This document shows positions 53,407 through 64,000 of a stretch of 64,000 nucleotides of DNA, in pieces. The translations under genes were made by a program, and so were the position numbers. This stretch comes from Proteromonas lacertae. Taxonomy: Eukaryota. Every line of letters begins with the position of its first letter. The stretch's first letter is position 1. The DNA lies in contig NGBS01000002.1 of the NCBI GenBank assembly GCA_002245135.1, forward strand, positions 310,001-374,000. Reading direction: 5' to 3'. The notes under the pieces are model-generated. The model did not search any database. It saw only the letters and a program-made list of their open reading frames with translations, and was not told where the DNA came from.

Positions 53407-54311
53407 AGTGAATTAAAGTACTGTAGAAGTAATTTTAAGTATTTTATATTTATTTATTGTGTTTATATAATATTATACAACCATATACACCACCTATTGA
53501 TTCTATGTACTTTTAGGAATATCTCCATAATTAGGATGAATTAGTTAAAAATATTATTACTACAAAATAGATACCTGATATATTATGTTGTAATCCAATA
53601 AAATTACGAAAATATGGAATTACCACTCAAATACCATTCACCTCCTATTCAAAAAATAAGCATACTAAAAATTTGCAAATCCCATTTCCCGGAAAATCTT
53701 ATAAAGCCATTTAAATATGATTCCTCCTTCGGCTAAAAAGCTCAAAAATGTCCAATTTTGACTCAAATCTCACGAACTTTTTTGTTTTTTTAAATTCATT
53801 TTTTGAGTGATAAAGACAGAATTTTGAGTTAATAATTATTAAAATCAAAAATATATGATGTAATTTAGTAATATCTAGAAAATTAATTTAAATAAACTGA
53901 CAAATGAAAAAATTACCTAAATCAGGTAATATAGTAACTAAGTATATTTTCATAGACCTTATAACATTAGTCACAATTTGTGAAATTTTTATTTTCTAAT
54001 TCCTTTTAGTTGCTGAGATAAATAACAAAAAAGACAAAAAAAGCACTTAGAAAATTCTCATAGTGGAAAAATAAACGCATAGTTATTTTTTACTGCTTTG
54101 AATATCAAAGAGAAAATATTGAAAGTGTATTTTTCAGCATCTTCTACAGTTTATGCAGATACAAATACCATATTTTTAAGTTACTATGTACTATAGAGAA
54201 TGAGTGATTATAAATGTAAAACTAATTTAAAAATATGAAAAAGACGTTTAATATTTTCTTTAAAATTCTTTCGATTAATTACATATTCACATGATTAACT
54301 AGGAAAATAAC

Positions 54312-54923
54312 TTAAATATATTCAGCTACCAGCGATGATGCTATTAACTCATCATCATCTTCTCTATCTTTAATACTAACAGCAAACGAAGGAAATAACC
54401 ATCTCAAATGTTTACTATATACAGTATAATAACGCTAATAACAATAATAATACGATTGACCAACACCAAACACTTCTTCAAAATTTCTTTTTCTTCCTTT
54501 GTCATATTCATTTATATATACAATTCCTCTAATCTTAGATCTCATTTCTTCTCTTTTATTATCATAGAACTCCAATGTAGTTTGATTGGATAATATTAAA
54601 TATGCATGGAAGATCATCATTCCAGCTACACATATCGAGAAACTGATTGCTAAAACATACACAAACATTAATCGATCAAAACTACTACCTTTTATATCTT
54701 TTCTCTAGTTTTATGATATATATATATATATATATATAATATACAAATAACAATGGTGTCATATAAATAGTTATTAATAAACATGCAATAGTTACATAGA
54801 AGAGAAACATGAAAAAATACTATCAATTATAATAAATAAAATCACAAAAAAAAAGAATACTTTCTGATTGTATTTTCCAACACAACCACCAAACCAAGGA
54901 CAATGATGATCCATCTATATAAT

Positions 54924-54954
<31 letters not shown>

Positions 54955-55488
54955 ATATTATAAGTAATACTTTTATAACACACTTATTACATAATCTACA
55001 ATGATGAGTTCTAGGTGGTTTATAATTCTTACAGAAAGTACAATATTTCCTTTTCACTATACCTCTTCTTATTCCTTCATCATTTGATTGATCGTAAGAT
55101 AGTGCTAAATCTAATACTTCTTGACTAGATGTAGGAGGAAAATTCATCTATTATTCATATAATAAAAAAAATACTTTTTGTCTCAAAACACACATTATAT
55201 AGTTAAATACTAAACAGACCAATATATATATTCCAAGAAGTATGTGTGCATAATACTATATTCAAAAAATTATTAGAATATACCCAAAATGAATATTTTT
55301 CAAATATTAAAGGTATAATGTAGGTAAAAATTTCATGTGACATATAACATATCAATCCTGGATGTTAACAGACAAAAATATATACCTAAGCAAAATAGAA
55401 TCAAAAGAGGACCTAAAACCTTTGACATTATCATCAATGCCCTTATTGAATTATCTGCCAATTTTTCAGCTAGTCTTGGAAGAGGCAT
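54312..55488 (-). CDS. DHHC palmitoyl acyltransferase (ZDHHC16-like)
   Basis: CTFCKNYKPPRTHHCRLCNKCVIK|MDHHCPWFGGCVGKYNQK, NQTTLE and GRKRNFEEVFG. Seven short introns. Confidence 0.9.
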
Positions 55489-56021
55489 ATTCACTAAAGA
55501 AGAAATAAAAAGTTTGAAAAAGCTCGATAGTTTAAAACAAGTTTATGTCGTAATGAGGAATGTATTTAGTATAAATACATTATAAGCAGATGTATATATG
55601 TATATGATATCAGATTATAAAATAACTTACTAGAATATCACTGTTGTTACAAATATTTAAATTAATACTGTTGAGATAATACTTTACACAATATTAGTAA
55701 CAATTATTTTATACTTAACAATTAAAATTTTTAATATAATCTACCATAAGAATAGCTTTTTGAAGTATTAATTGGCATTAATTATTCAACTAATTATTTT
55801 GTTTCTATCTGTTATATTATCAATAATTATCTTCAGTGATAACTTTTTGAAATTGTTTATGTATATAGACTTAAATTATAGATTCTTCTTATTCTTTTAG
55901 CTCTATATTACTCACAGTGAAAGAAGGCAGTGAATTAATCTATATTCATCAATAACATTCTTCATTAACAATCTCAAACACTTTCAACCTCAAACCATCA
56001 CTTTTTTCTTTTTTATTCTGC

Positions 56022-57656
56022 ATGACTATTTTGAAGCTTAAAATTCGATGCTCAACTGGTGAAGATTATTCTATAGAAGTTGAAGATAGTAAAACTGTTC
56101 TGGAGTTGAAGAATGAGATCGAAAAACAATTTAATGTTCCTTCTTCTTCACAAAGATTGATTTATCGTGGTAGAATATTACAGGATGATAAAACTTGTAA
56201 TGAATATGGTATACAAACAGATCAAACTGTTCATATGGTGAAAGCTAAATCTGCCGCATCTAATACCGCTGGTTCAACTCCTTCTGCACCAGTAACATCA
56301 GCAACAACTCCTGCTGGACCAGCTCAACCATCAACAACAACACCATCAACGATTCCTCCAACAGCAGCTCCAACTCAACCTCCATTGGCTACACCTTTTG
56401 GCTTTGGAGCAAATCCATTTGGTTTTCCAATGCCTCCTCCTGGTACAGATCCATTTTCACCTGCCAGTCTTCAAGCTCAAGCACAACAACTCATGCAAAA
56501 CCCAGATATGTTAAGAAATATTATGCAAAATCCAATGGTTCAAAGTATGATGAGTAATCCAGAAACTATACGAAATATGATGACTCAAAACCCTCAAATG
56601 AGAGAAGTGATTGAAAATAACCCTGAACTATCCCAAGTAATGAACAATCCTGAATTAATGAGAGAAACCATGGAATTAATGTCAAATCCTCATGCACTGC
56701 AGGAGATATTACGTTCTCAAGATCGTGCGATTAATAATATAACAGCAATGGATGGTGGATATGATGCATTAACAAGAATGTACCGAGATATTCAAGAGCC
56801 AATGATGAATGCAGCTGAGAATATGAATAGAACAGCTACTCCTACATCTGTTCCAACTCAACCATCCTCTACACTCTATAATGATGCTGTACCTAATCCA
56901 TGGGGAGCTGCTCCTGGTAGTGCAGGTGGAACAACAGCACAAGCACCGCCAGTCAATCCTTATTTTGCTAATATGATGAATATGTTTGGTGGAACAACAC
57001 CAGCAGCTACACCAGCAACTCCAGCAGGAACAACACCATCAACACCAGCTACAGCATCAACTACTGGAAGTACTACAGCTCCTACAGCACCTACTGCACC
57101 AGCAGCTAGTAGTACAACATCATCACAACCAGCACCACCATTACCACCTTTTGGAGCAGGAGGTGGTATGCCTGGGATGGGTGATCCAGCTATGTTACAA
57201 TCAATGTTAAATAATCCAGCAATGTCAAGTATGTTACAAGCAATGATGAATGATCCAAATACAATTGAAATGATAATTAATATGAATCCACAAATCAGAG
57301 ATAATCCTATGTTATGTAATATGTTAAGAAATCCACAAATGAGAAGTATGTTATTGAATCCACAAACAATACAAGCTGCTTTACAGATGCAACAACAATT
57401 TGGAGGTTTAAATCCAGCAGCTGCTGCTGGTGGAGCAGCTACAGGTGGAGCAGCAGGTGCTGGAGTTAATCCCTTTATGAATCCAATGTTTATGGCACCA
57501 CCACCAGCATCAACACTACCACCCAGAGAACAATATGCTGAACAACTAAAAGAGTTGAAAAATATGGGATTTTATGATGAAGATGAAAATTTAAGAATTT
57601 TACAGATATGTCACGGAAATATCAATATGGCAGTGGATAGATTACTTCAGAATTAG
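56022..57656 (+). CDS. DSK2: Ubiquilin/Dsk2 (UBL-STI1-UBA)
   Basis: N-terminal UBL (QRLIYRGRILQD), M/N/P-rich STI1 repeats and a C-terminal UBA (QLKELKNMGFYD...GNINMAVDRLL). Confidence 0.93.
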   Translation: MTILKLKIRCSTGEDYSIEVEDSKTVLELKNEIEKQFNVPSSSQRLIYRGRILQDDKTCNEYGIQTDQTVHMVKAKSAASNTAGSTPSAPVTSATTPAGPAQPSTTTPSTIPPTAAPTQPPLATPFGFGANPFGFPMPPPGTDPFSPASLQAQAQQLMQNPDMLRNIMQNPMVQSMMSNPETIRNMMTQNPQMREVIENNPELSQVMNNPELMRETMELMSNPHALQEILRSQDRAINNITAMDGGYDALTRMYRDIQEPMMNAAENMNRTATPTSVPTQPSSTLYNDAVPNPWGAAPGSAGGTTAQAPPVNPYFANMMNMFGGTTPAATPATPAGTTPSTPATASTTGSTTAPTAPTAPAASSTTSSQPAPPLPPFGAGGGMPGMGDPAMLQSMLNNPAMSSMLQAMMNDPNTIEMIINMNPQIRDNPMLCNMLRNPQMRSMLLNPQTIQAALQMQQQFGGLNPAAAAGGAATGGAAGAGVNPFMNPMFMAPPPASTLPPREQYAEQLKELKNMGFYDEDENLRILQICHGNINMAVDRLLQN

Positions 57657-57810
57657 TCTATATATAATAACATATAAGTGTTTTGTGTATTGGGGAATAA
57701 AATGTTTCTTATGTAAAAACTGGATCAAGCCTTGAGTTTGACCATTTTCATTAATTTATTTTATTTTACACTAAAAGAAAGAATAATAACCGTATAAACA
57801 TTACATAAAT

Positions 57811-60513
57811 ATGAATAATAATGCTACAATTGGAACACAATATATAAATCAACAGAATAGTGGAAATAATAAATACTTGAAAATTAAACTGCAAAATGAT
57901 AATAATAGTAAATTATATGATAACAATACTTGTAACAATTATTATACTCCATATAATCAACAGACGCAACAAATGCAGCAAACTTACACTACTCCTATAA
58001 ATAACACTCAAAATTATAATCAATCACCACCAATAAATCCTATTGTAACTCAAAATTGTCGTAGTTCTACATCTCCTCAAACGCCATCTTCATACATGGT
58101 TTGTACTCCAATATATCAGCAAGATATGGTGCATACGTATCCACATGTAGCATCTACATATATACCTCCTCTTCCATCATATCCACTACAACCATCTCAA
58201 CCTCCACAACCTCCAAAATCACCTCAATTTCAAACTACAACTATTCCAATATTCTATGAATCTTCACCACCACCACCACGACCTTATCAACAACCTCCTC
58301 CACAACCAACACAACCTTATCAACAACAACCAACTCAAACAATACAACAATCTTATCAACAACAACCAACTCAAACAATACAACAACCTTATCAACAACA
58401 ACCTCCTCCACAACCAACACAACCTTATCAACAACAACCAACTCAAACAATACAACAACCTTATCAACAACAACCAACTCAAACAATACAACAACCTTAT
58501 CAACAACAACCAACTCAAACAATACAACAACCTTATCAACAACAACCAACTCAAACAATACAACAACCTTATCAACAACAACCAACTCAAACAATACAAC
58601 AACCTTATCAACAACAACCTCCTCCACAACCAACACAACCTTATCAACAACAACCAACTCAAACAATACAACAACCTTATCAACAACAACCAACTCAAAC
58701 AATACAACAATCTTATCAACAACAACCAACTCAAACAATACAACAATCTTATCAACAACAACCAACTCAAACAATACAACAATCTTATCAACAGCCTTAT
58801 CCATCTCCACTTCAACCATACCAAACATCACCTATACCACAACTTCCACCACAATATTATCAAAACTATATTCCTTGTGCTACTTCATTAATTTATCCAA
58901 TTAATAGACAACCATTACCACCAAAAGCAAAGGCTAAAAGAATTGGTAAAGAATTGGATATGTTTACTAATTATATTGATTTTCTTGAGAATGAAAAATT
59001 AATTGATCTTCTAAAGATAAAGAAAATAAAGAAAAGAATGGTTAATGTTATTAATAAGATCCAAGAAATATATCCAGAAATAAAATCTCAAAAATTCTAT
59101 AAAATACTTAAAAAATTCACTAGAAAATATAAGAGAAATAAAAAACAAATAAAGAAAGAAATAATGGAAGATAAAGATAGATTTGATGATTTTAATGAAT
59201 TGAATGATTATTTAACAAAATTAAAATCTGAATTTAAATATGATGGTAGTGATAGTGATAGTGATAGTGATAGTGATGATGATAATAGACATAAGAAATC
59301 TAAACATTATTCAGATCCATCATCACCAATTAATGTATCTCCTAGAATAAATGATTCACCAGTCAATTCATTTACAAAGAAATATGACTCACCAAAAGAT
59401 TCCTTTACTTCTTTATTTAAACGATCAGATACTCCACCATTATCCTTAAAAAGATCAATAACACCTCCTCCTCCACCAAAATCAAAATTTGAAACAAAAC
59501 CAATTAAAAGAGAACCAACTGAAAGATGTGATATTTGTATGGAAGATGTACCACAATCAAAAATGTATTTATCAAAGTGTAAAGAACATCATAGATTCTG
59601 TATTGATTGTGCAAAAAGTTCATTTAATAATGATCTAAACACAAAGGTATTACCAACTTGTGCTATGCAGTGTGGATATGAATATACTATTGATGATGCA
59701 TCAAAGATATTTGAAGATGCAGCTGGATTACCATTTGTATTGCAAAGATTTAGTGATTTACATGATGAGGTATTTTTAAGAAGCAAAATGGTAGAATGTC
59801 CAAGAGAAGGTTGTCATGGTAAAGGATATCTTGACAATGGAGATATAACCGAAGAAGTTGAATGTCCAAAATGTCATGAATTATTTTGTCCAAAATGTCA
59901 ATTAACAAGCCATCCAGGTTTTGAGTGTGATTCTATTAGACATTTTCAACAACAATGGTATGAATGGAATATAAAAGGAAGAGATGAAAGAAGAGCACAG
60001 AAAGGTCAGGTAGAAAGATTAACAAATGAGGCAAGAGCAAAAGATGCTAGAAGAAAAGAAGAAATAAGAAAAAGATTAAGAGAATTACAAGCTGATGAAG
60101 AATTTAAAAGAAAGAATTGTAGATTATGTCCAAGATGCAGAGTTCCTATAGAAAAGACAGGTGGTTGTAGAGATATGATATGTGGTCAGAATTATCACGG
60201 AGGTAATGGACAGCCAGGATGTGGACATCATTTTGATTATTATGACGAAGGCTTAGATTATGTTCCAACAATTGAGAATCATATGGAAAATGAAGATTTC
60301 TTTAAAAACATACCCAAGATTAATGATGAAGATCATGAATATGCATGTAGTTACTGCAATAATAGAATTAAGGGTATGAGATTTGGCTGTTTACATGTTC
60401 TTGGTTACTATTTATGTGAAGATTGTGAGGCCAATGAAGATATAAGAAGAAATCATCATCATCATGGAGATGAACATATTTTTAGAGTAATTACTTCTCC
60501 TGATGATTATTAA
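57811..60513 (+). CDS. RBR-type E3 ubiquitin ligase with P/Q repeat N-terminus and C-terminal ZZ-like zinc finger
   Basis: RING1 CDIC...HRFCIDC, IBR CPREGC...CPKC...FCPKC...H...C, RING2 CPRCRVPIEKTGGC and ZZ-like CSYC...RFGCLH...LCEDCE. Confidence 0.85.
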   Translation: MNNNATIGTQYINQQNSGNNKYLKIKLQNDNNSKLYDNNTCNNYYTPYNQQTQQMQQTYTTPINNTQNYNQSPPINPIVTQNCRSSTSPQTPSSYMVCTPIYQQDMVHTYPHVASTYIPPLPSYPLQPSQPPQPPKSPQFQTTTIPIFYESSPPPPRPYQQPPPQPTQPYQQQPTQTIQQSYQQQPTQTIQQPYQQQPPPQPTQPYQQQPTQTIQQPYQQQPTQTIQQPYQQQPTQTIQQPYQQQPTQTIQQPYQQQPTQTIQQPYQQQPPPQPTQPYQQQPTQTIQQPYQQQPTQTIQQSYQQQPTQTIQQSYQQQPTQTIQQSYQQPYPSPLQPYQTSPIPQLPPQYYQNYIPCATSLIYPINRQPLPPKAKAKRIGKELDMFTNYIDFLENEKLIDLLKIKKIKKRMVNVINKIQEIYPEIKSQKFYKILKKFTRKYKRNKKQIKKEIMEDKDRFDDFNELNDYLTKLKSEFKYDGSDSDSDSDSDDDNRHKKSKHYSDPSSPINVSPRINDSPVNSFTKKYDSPKDSFTSLFKRSDTPPLSLKRSITPPPPPKSKFETKPIKREPTERCDICMEDVPQSKMYLSKCKEHHRFCIDCAKSSFNNDLNTKVLPTCAMQCGYEYTIDDASKIFEDAAGLPFVLQRFSDLHDEVFLRSKMVECPREGCHGKGYLDNGDITEEVECPKCHELFCPKCQLTSHPGFECDSIRHFQQQWYEWNIKGRDERRAQKGQVERLTNEARAKDARRKEEIRKRLRELQADEEFKRKNCRLCPRCRVPIEKTGGCRDMICGQNYHGGNGQPGCGHHFDYYDEGLDYVPTIENHMENEDFFKNIPKINDEDHEYACSYCNNRIKGMRFGCLHVLGYYLCEDCEANEDIRRNHHHHGDEHIFRVITSPDDY
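58282..58794 (+). repeat. Coding 36-bp tandem repeat, ~14 units of (P/S)YQQQPTQTIQQ or PYQQQPPPQPTQ
   Basis: Near-identical units ccttatcaacaacaaccaactcaaacaatacaacaa. Confidence 0.95.
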
Positions 60514-60858
60514 TTATCATATATATTGTGAATAATTAAAATAAATATAATAAAACATAAGTAATACTAATTGAAATAATATTTGTGATTTATTTTGGGA
60601 AATTGAAAAATCCAATTTTGACCAATGTTATACACGTTTTCGTTTATTCAAACAAAGATGGAAGTAATACTTATATATTTAAAATGAACAATCTAGACGA
60701 TAAACATTCTAATAGTGAGTAAAACTGATAGAAAAAATTGATTAAATGAAACGATCAAAAAATATAACGACAGTTCTTCTTATCAAATTTTAATCATTTG
60801 TTAAGGATAATCAATCCTGTAAACGATATATTTATAGAAAGAATATAATATAAATACA

Positions 60859-63800
60859 ATGTATTGGATTACATTGATATAATTGATAGGAGTGAGGGGA
60901 TTGACAAATCCACAACAAAACTTCAAGCTCTTCCTTCCACAAATAAAAGAGCCAGTAAAGTAACAACTCCACAAAAACCAAAACAAGCACAAGAATCAAG
61001 TCCTGTGAAACTTCCTGATATTAACTCAGCAAGAAAGTCTAGAACTGATAAAAAGTATTTATATCTATTCAATAATTTAATGAAAACAAATAGATCTATT
61101 CACAATCCAAATACATCAGAAAAGCTTAATACTATTGCTTCTAGTACAGTTATAGACAATTCAAATACAATAAGTCCTGCTCCACTGCGTAAATCTTCGT
61201 CTCTAAAGGCAGCAAAAGCGAACATAGAATCAAATGTCAAATTACCTTCTCCTCACAATAATGACAATAGAAATGAAAAAGAAGAAGTAGAAGAAGAACG
61301 AGGAAAACGTGTACCCTTATTAGGTATAAGTCCTTCGCAATTAGGAGTATCTTCCGATAAAAAAGCTCCAAAAACTGCTAAAATCCGTGCATTATTATCT
61401 AGTGCATTAAGAGATCATTTTTTATTTTCTAAAATAGGTCCAGACATGGAAAGCGCAGTAATTGATGCTATGGATTCAATGAGTGTACCTAAAAACACAA
61501 TGATCATAAAAGAAGGAGATATTGGAGATAATTGCTATGTAATAGAAAAAGGAACATTCCATTTCTTCGAACAGGCTCGAGGTAATGAATTAGTAAATCA
61601 ATTAGGATCAGGTTCAATATTTGGTGAATTAGCACTACTCTATAATTGTCCAAGAACAGCATCAGTGAAAGCAGCAACTGATTGTAAGGTATGGATATTA
61701 GATAGAGTAGCATTTAGAGCAATATTAGCACATTTATCAGAACAAGAATTGTTACAAGCCAAAGAGACACTAAGGTCAATAACTAGTTTGAAATTACTAA
61801 CGGATGAACAATTATCACATGTCGCAGAAGTTGTACAATTCACAGAATATGAAGATGGTGATGCAATTATTGAAAAGAATGTTGAGAATTATGTAGTTTA
61901 TGTAATACAAACTGGTAAAGTGAAGAAAACTGAAGTTGGTAAAGATAAAAAGAATGTTATTACTGAATTAGAACCAGGCCAATGTTTTGGCGAAGAAAGT
62001 CTCTACGAGGAATTACCTACTTACAGTATTGATGCAATAGGTGAAGTATCCTGTTTATGTTTTCATCAAAATGATTTTGTAAGAGTTGTTGGTAATTTGA
62101 AAGAAGTATTAGATCATAATAAACGTATTAATGCATTAAGATCAATTCCAATATTACAATATCTATCAGAAAGTGATTTAGAACAATTAGATGAAGCATT
62201 TGAAGTTGAGAATTATGAAAATGGTTCATTTATAGTAAAACAAGGAGAAATAGGACATAAATTCTATATTATACAAAAAGGAAAATGTAAGATCACTAAA
62301 GTAGTCGATGGAAAAGAGGAAATTCTCCGTACAATCAGCGACGAATCAGGTGGATATTTTGGAGAATTAGCATTACTTCATGATGATACAAGAACTGCCA
62401 ATGTTATTGCTACAGATGGTAAAGTATCATGTTTTGTATTGAATCGTAAATCATTTGATCGATTATTAGGTTCTATGAGAGATATTATGAGCCAGCATTC
62501 AGTTATGAGGACACTACAATCAGTATCTTTATTCCAAACACTTACTATAAAAGAATTAGAAGTAATGGCACAAGCATTTAGAATAAGACATTATAATAGA
62601 AATGAATATATTATGAAACAAGATTCTCCTTCTAGGGAGTTTTATATAATTAGTGAAGGTACAGTTGCATTAACTAAAGTAGAAAATGTAAATAATAAAG
62701 AAACTGTAAAGAGTGTTGGTCAATTAACAAGTGGAGATTATATTGGTGAAGTTGGTTTAATATCCAATGAAATTAGAGATACGAATGCAGTCGCAGAGAC
62801 AGAAGTGGAAGTATTTGTATTAGATGCTAAAGATTTCAGTACACTTTGTGCTCCAATGGTTACTAAACTAGAAGAATGTTTAGCTGAAAGTAAGAATGCA
62901 AATTCAAAGGTTCACATTGACAGACAGAATTATATTAAATCCACCACACTGAATGACTTTGATACTATTGCACTACTAGGTACAGGTGTATTAGGTAGAG
63001 TAACACTAGTTAAATTAAAGAAAACAGGGGAAGTATTTGGATTAAAAGCAATGTCAAAAGTAGCAATTGTGTCAAAGAAACAACAGAAAGCAGTAACCAA
63101 TGAAAAGAAGATATTATTAGCTCTAAATCATCCATTTATATTGAAATTATATAGAACCTATCAAGACAGAGATAGAATCTTTCTACTAATGGAATATGTT
63201 CAAGGTGGTGAACTTTATGGTTTATTAAGGAAATCTAATAAACATCGATTAAGAAGTAGTAAAGCAAGATTTTATGCTGCCTCTGTAATATTAGCATTGG
63301 AATATATTCATAGCAGGAAATTGGTACATAGAGATTTAAAACCTGAAAATATATTGATTGATAGTAAAGGCTTTATTAAATTAATCGATTTTGGTTTTGC
63401 TAAAGAAATCAAAGATAAGACTTATACATTATGTGGTACACCTGATTATCTTGCTCCTGAGGTTATTCTAGGTAGAGGTTATAATAAAAGCTGTGATTAT
63501 TGGTCAGTTGGTATTTTGATCTTTGAAATGTTATGCGGTCGTCCACCATTTAGAGCATCACAAGATGATAAATTATTCCAAAAAATTACTGAAGGAAACT
63601 ACGAATTTCCACCGAAATTTAGTGATTTTGGAGCTAAAGATATAATACAGAAATTTTTAGTGTTAGAACCACAACACAGAATAGGATGTTTAAAGAGAGG
63701 TATTAGAGATATTAAAGATCACGTTTGGTTCAATGGATTAGATTGGAAGTCGTTGTATCGTAGGAAGATTGAAGTACCATGGGTTCCACAAGTGAAAAGT

Positions 63801-63893
63801 GATTGTGATTATACAAATTTTGGTTGTAACGATCCTGAAGAACCAATACCAAAATATGTAGATGATGGAACTGGTTGGGATAAAGATTTTTAG
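60859..63893 (+). CDS. PKG: cGMP-dependent protein kinase-like protein with four cyclic-nucleotide-binding domains
   Basis: PBCs FGELALLYNCPRTASV and FGELALLHDDTRTANV plus two degenerate CNBs. AGC kinase with HRDLKPEN, DFG and GTPDYLAPE. The ATG is formed by splicing intron 60861-60889. Confidence 0.9.
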
Positions 63894-64000
63894 ATAGTTT
63901 TAAATTCACTTGTAATCTTTTTAGAGGATATATTTATATTATTATCATGGTTGTTTTTTTGATTAGAAAAACAAAACACGTGTATGTTTGATTACTGTTT

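Noticed and set aside
53655..53740. CATACTAAAAATTTG resembling the 5' part of U6 snRNA
   Set aside because: No ACAGAGA box or downstream U6 sequence.
58282..58794. 36-bp repeat array as CRISPR
   Set aside because: No unique spacers, an in-frame coding repeat, a eukaryotic context and no cas genes.

Overview
AT-rich, gene-dense eukaryotic (protist) DNA read with the standard genetic code. Introns are very short, mostly 25-55 nt GTAT...TAG. This architecture suggests a Blastocystis-like stramenopile, but that is inference. The ORF track is fragmented by these introns; re-splicing by eye gives about 27 genes and 2 kinase pseudogenes. Recognisable genes include Hsp110, RETSAT, POLE3, PIGO, TTC7, QTRT2, FPPS, EXO1, two GSTs, Hsp60, SRSF7, RCL1, a DHHC acyltransferase, Dsk2, an RBR ligase and a 4-CNB PKG. 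The standout is a ~3,855-aa class C-type GPCR with nine tandem UrtA/AmiC-like Venus-flytrap domains, with a probable degenerate paralog running off the left edge. Other notable items are an RGS-RGS-DENN fusion, an Hsp110 lacking its substrate-binding beta domain but carrying a prion-like NPF tail, a U12-like AT-Ax intron, two start codons split AT|G by introns, a GST with ACG where ATG is expected, a signal-peptide GST, and a recurrent promoter word TCAAGCCAAGTTT. All gene models are manual and have not been checked against RNA data or databases.
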